Shown here: positions 1-11,985 of the stretch, piece by piece
Position numbering within the stretch: position 1 is the stretch's first letter
Layout of the letters: the number at the start of each line of letters is the position of its first letter
NCBI RefSeq assembly: GCF_009914755.1
Contig: NC_060929.1
Direction: 5' to 3' (one strand)
Source of the DNA: the human T2T-CHM13v2.0 reference genome, Homo sapiens
Length of the DNA: 64,000 nucleotides
Notes under the pieces: model-generated
What the model was told of the DNA's origin: nothing
The model's input: the letters and a program-made list of their open reading frames with translations, nothing else
Database searches by the model: none
Program-made: the position numbers and the translations under genes

Positions 1-632
1 CTACAGGATTAGTCTTACCTGCCACAGAGAACAATGTGGCTAAAATGACGCAAGCCAGGAGAGCTTTCCTGAATGAATGATGCTGTGCTCAATTTACAAT
101 AGCTAGAAAATAACAGTAATTATTATAGATTGAGGGGAAAACAGTCTGTAGAATTGTGTTGCAAAGTTGTAAACTTTATGCGGCTAGCAAAAATTCCTGC
201 AAAGGTTTTCAAGTTAAAGTGAAAATAAAAGACTTAAATCATTAGAGTGGTCTTGCGCTCTGGATCTCACATGTTTTCACATGTGAGAAATCTCAAATGA
301 TAAAGTATGTACTTTTGCAAAAGCATCCTGTAGATTTAATTGTAAACTAAGTTTAGCAATGTTTTGGGGGGCTGGCTGCCCCAAAGTACAGTGACAGACT
401 AATCAATCCTTCTTTCTTCATTGTTGAAACTCAGCTAATGAATAGTGAGCCAGAGCAAACAGCGAGTGAGAACGCTTGATGAGGACACAGAATGTAGATA
501 CATACACTTTATAAATCATCTTTAGATTGAAGACATTTTACAAATATTGTCATTAAAAATAATTATTTAGGACAACATTTTTCAATTGTTCTCATTTTTG
601 GATGAGGTTCAAAGATTGTCTAAAGGAAGAAA

Positions 633-669
633 GGGCGGGGCCTTATCTACAAAGAGGGTCTCTCTGACG
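633..669. promoter_or_regulatory. GC-box + GATA + half-CRE motif cluster (putative regulatory element)
   Basis: GGGCGGGGC (633-641) directly abuts CTTATCT (642-648, AGATAAG on minus); TGACG at 665-669; local GC-rich patch in AT-rich DNA. Function is inferred. Confidence 0.35.
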
Positions 670-676
670 CTGGGCT

Positions 677-709
677 CTGCTGCCGCTGCTGCTGCTGCTG
701 CTGCTGCTG
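677..709. repeat. (CTG)2 CCG (CTG)8 trinucleotide repeat
   Basis: Read directly from the sequence. Confidence 0.97.
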
Positions 710-1112
710 CAGGAATTCCACCTTGCCAGGCCACTAGCATGTCCTTTGCCTTCAGGAAAGAGAGATTTGCAACTGAACAAATGCTTTACATTAGCAAATG
801 GACAAGCTACCGACTAATGAATGGCACTTCTTTATCAGCATATACAAACTTATACCAGCTTATACCACACTTGGCACACACACTCTTAAGGCAATGTGAA
901 ACATGACAGAATAGAATATTTAGTTGTTATTTTGCAATTAGCATTTTACCATAATGAAGACTCTAGATGTAACTCTTTCTAAATTTAAACTTTAGCAGAA
1001 TTTTCCATTTTCATATTAAGAAAATCATAATTAACTAATCTTTAAAATGTGTTGCTGCCTAAACATTGGAAAGGCTGGAGGATTAAATTCAGTGCTGATA
1101 AATTAAACATAA

Positions 1113-1330
1113 TGTGTTTGTACATATATAGTTATAGTTACAATTATATAGACAAATATACATGTATATGTACATATAGATATGTAGAAAAAGATATGAA
1201 GCTAGATATATAGATAGGTAAATATATACACGTATAGGTATATATGTATACATATGCATGCATATATGTCTATAACCATCTACCTATCTATATATATGTA
1301 GCTACACATCTTGTGTACATGCATATATAC
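1113..1330. repeat. Degenerate (TA/TG/CA)n low-complexity tract with internal inverted repeat
   Basis: Alternating purine-pyrimidine sequence; arms 1191-1220 and 1281-1312 are near reverse complements. Confidence 0.85.
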
Positions 1331-1840
1331 CCCTTTAATGTATATCTCATAACTTGAGTGCTTGTATTATATTTTATGCTTAGTATAATTCTAGACTGTA
1401 TTTTTTGTTATATATAAACTTTAAATAACTAGAGATTCTGTTTCAATGACATATTTTAAAGTCTTCAAAAAGGAAAAAATTCAGTATGTATGTAAAAAGG
1501 AAGAATATTGGCAACGATTTATTATTTTTATTAAGAAAATAAATCCCTACTGAGTTCCTAAAACTTGTATTAGTTGCTACTTGGTGTGCATATTTGTGTG
1601 AGTGTTGGTAAGAAATCCTATTTTGACTAATGCCTGAACAATGGAAATATATTAGGTTTTAGATATGCAAATGTTTATTATAATACTGGTATTGGAATAA
1701 CAATAATACTAGCAACTGTAAATGTGAACTTCCTGCTATTGAAGGAGGCTTGTAACTTTAAAGGCTCATAATTTTAAAGAACCATGTGACTTTGAAAGCA
1801 CAAATAAATTTCCCTTAGACCTTTCTTCTAGCTCAGTGGC

Positions 1841-1861
1841 AAAAAAAAAAAAAAAAAAAAA
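1841..1861 (+). repeat. Poly(A)21 tract
   Basis: Read directly from the sequence. Confidence 0.95.
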
Positions 1862-4800
1862 GTAGAGGTATTTTTTCATTATTATTTTAAAGAAATTCTA
1901 TAGCTAGACTCAGAAAAAGTGCCAAATTTTTTATGGATATCTGAAACAGGAATACTTCCACTGATAGGAGATACTTTTCTTAGTGACGTAAGAATCTGCA
2001 CCAGAGGAAGCACTAAAAGAAAATGAGGAAGACTAATGGAGAAAACCATGGAAGCTAGATATGTGAGTGATTTGTTTAAAGCAGAAGGAAGAAAGGAGTC
2101 CACACTCTCCCGCAAACACACAGCCCCAAGTTCTTCACACATAACTTTCTAAAGTATACGGTCATGAGAGAGGGACACAACAGGATCACAGCAGGGAAAA
2201 CGCTACAAACCCAGAGCTCCATTCTTGGGGGGATAAGAAGAAATCCTGATGCCTTACCAAACTGACAAAGTAGCTGGAAACAGCTGAATGTTGTGAATAG
2301 AGATAATTGTCTCAAGTTGTGTTTTTATTAAAATCAATTCTAAGATTGGTAAAAGATATTTTAAATGCCTAAAATCCTAAAATTCTTTTTTGATGTGGGT
2401 TGATTTTCCTAACTAATCATAAAGTTTTTAAAACTGAATTTAAACCCACTGATTAGAACAGTGGAAATGTCTTTCTGAAGCTGGAAGCACATATACTTTG
2501 TAAGTGACTTCTTATTAATAATACATTCAAATATAAGAAGCATTATAACATGCAAGGTCTTCCAACTAAAAGAGCTTTCCTGTAGGTATCTAATTTAGAG
2601 ACAGCATTGTTAACAATGCTGACATTTAAGTGGCCATAGCTAAAGCTTTGCAAAGAACATTCCATTACAATGAATGCAAAAATCTACAACTTTTCTTGGT
2701 ATTCAATTTAACAGGATATAAGTGTGATGGTTGACAGTGTGAAGGCTGAAACAACTTTCATAACTAGAAAGTTTACCTGATAATTTGAAACAAAGAGCCT
2801 CTTAGAGAAAGCCTTCAGTAGAATAGGGATACAATAGAAATGGGAGATTTACGGCATACTCATTCTACCTTACTGAGTTCTGTATCTGAGACCAGGGTTA
2901 GCAATACCTGCCCACACTTTCTCCTTCACAGAACTAGTCCACTTTCAAGACTCCAGCCCTAGTCTGCTACAAAACTGACCTAATCAGATTAACCCAACAT
3001 TTCTATACCTGTGTTCACCTTACCAACCACAATGCCCCTACTTTTCCCTCTGGAAAAAAAAAAAAAATCTTTTTTTCTGACTTCCCTGTATTCCATTTGG
3101 ATCAGTTGGCAAGTACAATTAGTTTTTATTTTTTTAAATAACTCATTTCCTAACCTTTTATCTATTGCTGTCATTATATTCATTCTAGGCCCTTAACAAG
3201 TCATACTCAAACTACAGGTATTCTAGAAGTTTTCCTGTCTCTCCACTCCATTCAACTGTGAACTCCACTGACAAGTTAATCTCCCAGAACTTCTAAGTTG
3301 ATAATTCTTTTGCTAAAAACACTCAACGTCTGTCCACTCTCTCCTTAGTCTGGAAAACAATGATTGCCACAAGCAACATGTTTCCTGTTTCTTCTCATCA
3401 CCAGTGCCTGACTATACCTCACAATATCCATTTTTCTCTGAAAATGCCGGCCATTCCCAGCTCTCCTTTACACAGGCCACTGCCCTCTTATTTCCCATCC
3501 TCTTTGCCTTCAGTATCTCACTTGAATATCAATTTCTCCATTGATATTTTATTGACAATGTCAGTCTTGCCTGTCTTCTATCTTACTTCATACCTAAGCT
3601 TCCTCGGGGCAGGGACCTTGTAATTGAGATTACAGGTGGCTTCATCCAAAGGATTAATCAATATTTCTAATTTGTTCATTTTAATTACAGAAAAACATTT
3701 TACACAGTGAGATTGTAAAAGGCAATGTAAAATGGAACTTTACTAATCAAATCACATATTTAACATAAAGTAGATCTTACTGATTAAAAGAAGCTTGTAA
3801 CAAAACACTTTTGAAATGTAAAGAATTGTGATAGTAATAATCATTAGCAGATATGTTTGTTTTCCTAGAAATTTAAATATTCACAAATTAGTTTTTTTTA
3901 AATACAGGGTCATGATTGATAATATTCAACAATGTAATGATTTGATTAAGTTTGAGAGTGCAGCAAACACTTTATATGTTTAGAGAATAAATGTTTACTG
4001 ATCAGAAATAAATCTAATGTTTCTAGAACTCTTCATAACAAAAATTAATATTTGTACAATACTTAACCAGATTTTAAAAAATTTTTTTCAGATGCATTCC
4101 TAAATTGGCCTTCATAACATTTTAAGATATGTAATGAATAAAATTCCCATTTTAGAGATTAAAAAGTAAAATCAAAGAACCTCATGCATTCATTAACACA
4201 TTTGATTCTCAACACTGAAGGGTAGTTCTTTTTTTTATTTTAGAGAAGAAACAACTGAAGTTGTCAGAGTTTGAATAAAGTGTCCATAGTCTAAATTGAG
4301 GGTTTTTAAAAAATACTTCTTCCAACATGTATCATGATACATACAAATAGCACACACCATGAGTGGGAATGAAAATATTTTTTATTGAGTGTCTACTTTA
4401 GGTGTCAAGCTTTGTCAGTTATCCTAATGATAATCCTTTAAAGTCGTTTTATTTAGAATGAGACTCTTTAATTACACTTAATATATGGCAGGCATTGCGT
4501 TAGCAGATGGGAATAAAAGTTTGAAATGCTTTACAGCTGACAAAACAGAGGACAATTAAATAAATTGTCCAATCATACTACAATAAGTGGGAGACAGGAT
4601 TTGAAACCAAGTCTTTAGGTATACAAAGAAATAATTAGTACAAAATCCTCCTTATAACTTTAATCACGGCCAAAAGAAAATATAAAATTCACATACATTT
4701 CATAACTCCACTAAAAATTTTTGTGTAGGATTACAACTCTCACAAGTATACTGTCAATAATTTTTTTTGGCATGAGACTGTTATAAATTATGGGCCCATG

Positions 4801-5872
4801 AAGTTTGATTCCCCACTAAATACCATGTTGGGAAAGTAATAATTGGATTCTCTTTCCACCCCTGACCACACAGGACCAGCTACATATTCCGATGTTAAAA
4901 ATTATTCTTTGTAGGCTAAACTTTTTCACATTTAACTTCAGTTAGCTTATCATCCAAAGTTACAGTGGTTAATTATACTGGATTTTGTATCACTACATTA
5001 GATATCAAAACAAACATCACTGGACATGTATACTGTATATAAAATCTTTGAGTTACAGGACACAATCCATAAAGGAGAAAATACTTCTTTCTTAACTATG
5101 CCAAATTTCTTGTCACGCAGTTTAAATATGGGAAGGTCAGATTAGGTGGGGTGCCTCTATCTTCAGTAAAATATATTTTATTGCAGCAATTTTGATGACT
5201 GGATCACATTGTATACATAGCTCCTAAGTAACCAAAAAATCTTTGTGTTTATGTGAAAAGAAGTAATGCATACAAAACAGAAAAAAAAATTTGGATTATA
5301 ATCCAGATTCTCTCAAAAACTTGATGCATAATCTTAAGCAAGAAAAATCTCTGAGCCTTTTTTATATGATAAAAATGGTGTTAAACTTTACCTATATATA
5401 AATGCATGGTGTCCACCTTAAAAAGAAATATTAATAAGAAATCCATCATGCCTCTTTAGAAAGAGCACCATGTAACAATTCTGCTTACTTAGTGTTCCAG
5501 ACAAGTCAGACACAGTTGAGTAGCTGAAGGACCAGAGTAGAGGCTGAGGCAGGAAATGTTTTCTAAATTTTTCCCTATCTTATTAAATGGCCATGGGCAG
5601 GTTAGATTTTTCTCTGTCCAGGTTTGCCCTTCTGTGACATCAGGGAGCTATCTCAATTTTTTTTTCTAATTCTCAGAAACCTAGGAAAATGAAGTCCCTT
5701 GAAAAACTCTAAATAAGTATAATCAGTAATTTTATTGTATGCTTTCCCCTCCCTGCCCTACTTTCCCACTCCCCTAGGGAGTGGAATTAAACATGAATCT
5801 CTATTTCAGGGTCTATTTCTAAGGGAACCCAAATTATACAGTGCCAGTTTTATAAGAGCTGATGATGGGCTA

Positions 5873-6664
<792 letters not shown>

Positions 6665-6892
6665 GGCTGCAGTACCTATTTCAGGTGTTTTTCAAAGGCT
6701 GTATCATATCAACTGCTTATTTTCTCAATCAGAGGCTCCTTCCTCTTATCTCCAGGAGCCCCAAATTCCTTTGGCTTTAATGTTTACTTCAATTTCTTCT
6801 TCAGTTTGGTGACATATTCATCACTATTCTCTGATTTACTAACCTTGATTTCCCATTTAATTTTTACCTCTGCACTGTACTTTGAATCAGGA

Positions 6893-7081
6893 CAGCAGTT
6901 ATCAAACAATAGTATGTATCAGAATTGCCTGGAAGTCTAGTAAAAATAGATTGTTGGACCTCCACCCCCAGAGTTTCTGATTCAGTAGGTCTACATACAG
7001 CCAAGAATTTGCATTTCTATCAAGTTCAGATTCCCAGATGCTGCTGATGCTGCCGGTCTGGGACCATACTTCAGGAATCAG
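6893..7081. mobile_element. MER5A (hAT-Charlie MITE)
   Basis: ccccagagtttctgattcagtaggtct...aagaatttgcatttcta...gatgctgctgatgctgccggtctgggaccatactt. Confidence 0.88.
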
Positions 7082-7346
7082 ATTTAGGGAGTTGTCAGAA
7101 CTTCCTGCTCTAAATCACCATCTCTGACTCAGCCCGACTCCTTAACACAGTAATATCTTCTTCCACTCCCATTTTCCAAAATCAGCAAAGGATGAGTTTC
7201 AACAACAATATTAAATTCATATTCTTTTAAAATTAGAGTCACATAAGATCTCATGGCTTTATGGTGCCAGAGGTTACCAGGAGCTCCTGGATATATCTCA
7301 TAGCCCTGATAAACATCTTAAACATTGCCGCCCGATTCATATTTCT

Positions 7347-7609
7347 TTTTTGTGTGTATAAACTCATGGGGTACAAGCGCAATTTTGTTACATGCATAGA
7401 TTGCATAGTGGTGAAGTCAGGGTTTTTCGAGTACCCATCACCCAATTGATGTTCATTATATGCATTAAGTAATTTCTCATCACCCACCCTTCTCCACCCG
7501 CTCCCTGATGCAAGCCTCCACTGTCTATCATTCCACACTCTATGCCCGTGTGTACACATTATTTAGCTCCTCTTGATATGTGAGAATATGCGGTATTTGT
7601 CTTTCTATG
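7347..7609 (-). mobile_element. L1 3'-end fragment (L1MA/L1PB-like)
   Basis: ggggtacaagcgcaattttgttacatgcatagattgcatagtggtgaagtcaggg...gtgagaatatgcggtatttgtcttt. Confidence 0.88.
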
Positions 7610-7623
7610 CCAGATTTATATTT

Positions 7624-7706
7624 CTCGAACTCCTTGTCTCAAGCAATCCTCCTGCCTCCACCTCCCAAAGTGCGGGGATTACAGGCATGAACCACGATGC
7701 CTGGCC
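7624..7706 (-). mobile_element. Alu/FLAM 5' fragment lacking its 3' end
   Basis: ctcgaactcc...cctcccaaagtgcggggattacaggcatgaaccacgatgcctggcc. Confidence 0.88.
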
Positions 7707-8147
7707 CAGACTCATATTTCTAAAGCACAAACATGATTAGGAAATTTATCTGCCTAATTATTTTTTTTCAGGTCAAAATTCAAACTCCTTGTCATGATCT
7801 TTGCAATCTGTTGGTAATCCCACCGGCTTAATCCTCCAACCTCGTCTCCCATTTCTGGCCTATGGTGGGAAGAGTACACACAGAGAAACAATATTTGTTG
7901 AGCACATACTACAGGCTGGCATTGTGTCAATTGTATTATTTCTGTTATCTCATTTTGTCATCACACAAATCTACAAGGAAGAAATTATTAATTTCAAGCA
8001 ATTCATTTTGATTCAAAGGAGGACACTGAGGCATAATCAGCTACAAAGATGACTGAACACAGACACTGCTTCTGATCATCCACACCTGGATTCAAACTCA
8101 AGTCTAAGTAATTCCAACACCCTTTCCATCCTGTAGTCTCCTTACTT

Positions 8148-8281
8148 GGAGTGATCAAACATCCTGGTTTACCTGGGACAGTTCCTTTTTATTTGTATTG
8201 TCCCAAAATAGTGAGGAAAAGCACCCCTTTCACTCTCAAAACTATCGTTCTGACTTTGTTAGTGAATTGCATGGCCACTCT
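8148..8281 (+). mobile_element. MER94 (hAT-Blackjack MITE)
   Basis: ggagtgatca..cctggtttacctgggacagt...gcacccctttcactctcaaaa...atggccactct. Confidence 0.75.
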
Positions 8282-8479
8282 GCCTATACTCCAAATCTAC
8301 CATGCTGTCACATGTTTCTGGAATGCAGTATACTTGCTCATGATTCCATTTCTTTCCCAGTGCTGTTTCTTCTGCCTAGAGAGTTCTTCCTTTCCCTTTG
8401 TCTCCCGGGAAAAATATGTCCCATTCTCAGGAATCAATTTCTTCACTGTCTCTGGGAAGTCTCCCCATTCCTCTAACTT

Positions 8480-8690
8480 CAGACAGGGGTCAGTACCCTC
8501 CTCTGTGCTCCCCATACTCCCATGTTACTGCTATTCCTTTATACATTTTTGAGTACTTGGCTGTCCTCTCTATCAGCCTGTGAATTCCTTAAGGTTTGGA
8601 CTGTACCTTAATTATCTGTATATCCACAGTGCCAATAATTTTGCATGGCTCAGAGAAAATCTTAAATATTTGTTGAATAATGGGATAAAT
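8480..8690 (+). mobile_element. L2 3' end
   Basis: ctgtgaattccttaagg...tatctgtatatccacagtgcc...aaatatttgttgaataa. Confidence 0.65.
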
Positions 8691-8999
8691 GAAATAATAA
8701 ATTTGAAAGATCTAGTCATTTGCAACAATTACTATAAAAAGTAGAAGCAGTCTCTTCTAAAAAGAGTGAGCCTATTCTAGCTAGATCTGATTTACTGTAC
8801 CGGGAGGCTGCTTAAGTTCTGAACAGTTGTTCAGAGAGCCTCTGACCCTGCATCAGCACTCATACCCAGGCCGTCCTGTTTTATGAAGTGGTCCTCCTGT
8901 TTGGAGTCTGAGATATTGTTCCCAGTTTTCTGGACTGCTCTCTACTTCTATAATGTGCCTCATGCTCCATTTAAATATTTTCCCATATTTGCTTAAGCC

Positions 9000-9215
9000 T
9001 GTGGTTAAGAGTCAAACCCTGGGTTTGAATTTGTGCTCCACTATTTCTTAGATGAGTGACTATGTGAAAACCTCTTAAGTTTCCTAAGCCACAATTTCTC
9101 CATAAAAAATTAGTAAAATTGACTGTATCTCATCTAATTAAGTTTTCGAAAGTACTTAATATAGTAGCTGGAACTTAGTAAGAATCCATAAATATTAGTT
9201 ATGATTTTTATTAAT
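9000..9215 (+). mobile_element. MIR
   Basis: MIR core: ccctgggtttgaatt..ccacta..gtgact..ctaagccacaatttctcc. Confidence 0.7.
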
Positions 9216-9483
9216 AGTATTATTATTCCTTCATCATGCCTAAGCTTTCCTACCAGACTGAAAACCTTGTTTCCTCCAATGATCTATTTTTGTCCTTTAG
9301 GACTCATTAATTTTAGATATCTCAATATATGTTGTATTCCCTGAATAAGTCCAACAGACTGTGAATGACTCTAGATATTCCACCACTTCTCTGGGCTCCT
9401 ACTGTCTCCTTGCCTAGCACTAATGCTATTCCATAGAAGCTTTTTAAATCAACCTCTTTAACTGACTCATCAGATTAACTGAC

Positions 9484-10035
9484 TGTCTTTGTATGGTTCC
9501 TCTAGAAGACAGAGCCTGAGGCAGGGATTAAAGTGATGACACTATGGACATATAAGCCCAGGGTAATAAAGATGAAGAGAAAGAGAGAAGTGAGGCAATA
9601 AAAGACATGGAGTAATGCAAATCATTATCATGATGGTCACCACTTCACACAGAGTTCAAAAGAGTTGACAACAGTACACCGGCAGACTTAACTCAGCACA
9701 AAGGGACTTCTTCCTAAAAAGGTTATAAGGAGAAGCTTACCTTATTGCTGTCCATGGAATGAAGAAAGGAGAGATTCACCTGTGAGAGGCCTCCCATCTC
9801 TCATTTCCTATTGGTCATGATTCATCACACAAGGGGACATCTCCCCAGCACTGCCAATGGACTCTTAGGTCCCCTGGTAACCACTCAGGAGGCCAAATCC
9901 CATGCTCGCAACATGGCATTTTATTCATATCTAAAGTGGAAGGGTGACTTGGTACAAGTAAATACCACCTGAGAAAGAGAAGAAGAAATGTCAACTAGGG
10001 GATCTGAGAAGATACACATGATTTGTGTCCAATAT
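9484..10035 (-). mobile_element. ERVL-class LTR (LTR33-like)
   Basis: Starts ggttcctctagaagacagagcctgaggcagggatt, resembling the reverse of an LTR33/LTR16 terminus. Confidence 0.55.
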
Positions 10036-10237
10036 ACTGATTCTCTAGGCCTTGTCTAAAAGTCTCAAAACTCATGATGAGTAGGCTATTCTCTAGAATT
10101 CTCTAGTCTTGTGCTTTAACTTGATGAATTACATGCTTGTAATAATCACTTATGTTTATTCTTAAATTTTTTCTGCCATTTGTGCTTGTTATTTGAATTA
10201 TACAATTATTTAATTAAATACCACACATTAGTAAAAT

Positions 10238-10530
10238 ATGAGTGTGACAAGAATGAAAGGTGCTTGTATGGAAATGAAAAAGAGTATTTTGGAAAGACTT
10301 AATAAAGGTAAGTCTCTTGAAAAAGGTTTGCTAAGAGAGATGAAAGTGAAATATTTGCAAAGGGCAATGTTAAGAAGCCAGAAGAGTCTGCAGTCATATG
10401 GTTTCACCCATGCCTTTGCATTCTTGCTGCATGGAAAAACCCTGCACAAAGCATGATCTATTTGGTATTGCATGAAAGACAATATGGAAATCCAGTCAGC
10501 ACACTCATCATTGAAGAAAAGTCCTGGCTA
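10238..10530 (+). pseudogene. Fossil Tigger/pogo-family transposase N-terminus (DNA transposon remnant)
   Basis: MSVTRMKGACMEMKKSILERLNKGKSLEK resembles the pogo HTH_psq start; IYLVLHERQYGNPVSTLIIEEKS in another frame resembles the CENP-B-type HTH (W...R..G.PISG.IL.EKA). Confidence 0.65.
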
Positions 10531-10670
10531 ACAACAACAAAAATATTGGTCATTTTATATACATTTTTATTAAAAATTAAAAAGAATTTTAAATTACAAT
10601 TAAAATTAAAAAGAACATTTAATTATTGTTTAAGATTCTTTGCTTTAACCAGCTCTTTTGATTTACCAGC

Positions 10671-11050
10671 TATAATAGCATGGCTTGATTATGCTGTGGT
10701 AGCAAACAACCCCCAAATCTCAGTGAACGATACGACAAATCTTTATTGCTTGCTCACCTTAAATCTGCAGGCTCTAAAACCTATCCTCCATGGGTAGCAT
10801 CTGAAGCACTTACTGTATGAAGCATGTGTCATCCTGGGTCAATATGGAAAGGAAAGAGAAAACATGAAGAATCCCACGTAGGCATGTTAATGCCCCCTAA
10901 GATTGATGCACTTCACTTCTGCACATTACCCAAAGCAAGCCACATGACTAACCCTAAATTCAAGGAGGTAGAGAAGCGTAATCCTCCCGGGTGCCAGAAA
11001 AGGAGAAGAGCTAGAAAAACCAAGGAGCAGCAGTGGTGTTCACCACACCA
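10671..11050 (-). mobile_element. Old MaLR LTR (MLT1J/K/L-like)
   Basis: tatgctgtggtagcaaacaacccccaaatctcagtg...caaagcaagccacatgactaaccctaaattcaagg. Confidence 0.65.
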
Positions 11051-11834
11051 ACCTACTGTGCCAGGCATATGGACTACAAGGGCTTCTACTGAATCAAGTG
11101 AAGGAAGCTGAGGCAGAGAAATATACTTTTTTTTCTTTAAATAATTAAACATAAATATTTAAAATTGGTAACTTAGTGGCTATATTTTCAATGCTATTCT
11201 TTATTTCTGGGAGCTTGTAACCAATTAATTTAGTACTATATATACCTTATCTCGGGTCCAGCTTCTTTGACCTGAGACTACTTACAATAAACAACAGCTT
11301 CAGTCCAACAACTGGGTCATGGAGAAAGCTGGGGAGTAAGAAGGAGGTGTCCCTCTCTTGGCTGTTGTATTTTCAAAAGAACGCTTTGGTTAGCTGATAG
11401 ATGGCTTCTTTATTAGAAGCAGTAATACCTCTAAGTTATCACTTTGTCTTCAGAAAGAGTAACAAATTGTGCCTATATTTAATTTTTTAAAAATTTCCAT
11501 GAAGAATTGGTGTACTTTTCAATCTACTTATGATATGTTGTGAGTCATTAGAGGTAAATTATATAAATCAAATTATATTATAACCAAGTTATACTATAAT
11601 ATAAAAATGTCACGCTGGGGAGGTGTAGAGATCAAGTCTATTTACAGTGCTGAAGAAAAACCAACCACTTTTTCCTTTTCCGTTAGTCTAAGCAGCAGCC
11701 AAGTGTGATGGAGTTTGGAGGGATAGGAAGAGAGACTGTGTGGGTGGAAATAGCTTCTTGGGTGATTCTGATTGGCCCCTCTCTAGCTAAGGGCCTGGCA
11801 GTGGGCAGAAAAGTCACAGCACTTGGGAGAACAT

Positions 11835-11985
11835 TGGCTTGACTACTTACTAATTGTATCTCAACCTGGAGCAAATTGCCTTCAGTCTTAGCCTCAGTTT
11901 CTTCATCCAATAAGCCTTTTATCTCATAGTGTTATATTAAAGATTATATAAGATAGTAGCCACAAAGAGCCTTAATGCTGTGCTT
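11835..11985 (+). mobile_element. MIR
   Basis: ttagcctcagtttcttcatc...atctcatagtgttatattaaagatta. Confidence 0.6.

Noticed and set aside
586-906. 106-aa ORF with poly-Ala
   Set aside because: Non-ATG start; the poly-Ala is just the CTG repeat; no recognisable domain.
1829-1867. tRNA-like A-box tagctcagtgg...gtagag around a poly(A)
   Set aside because: No acceptor stem, anticodon arm or B-box; probably coincidence.
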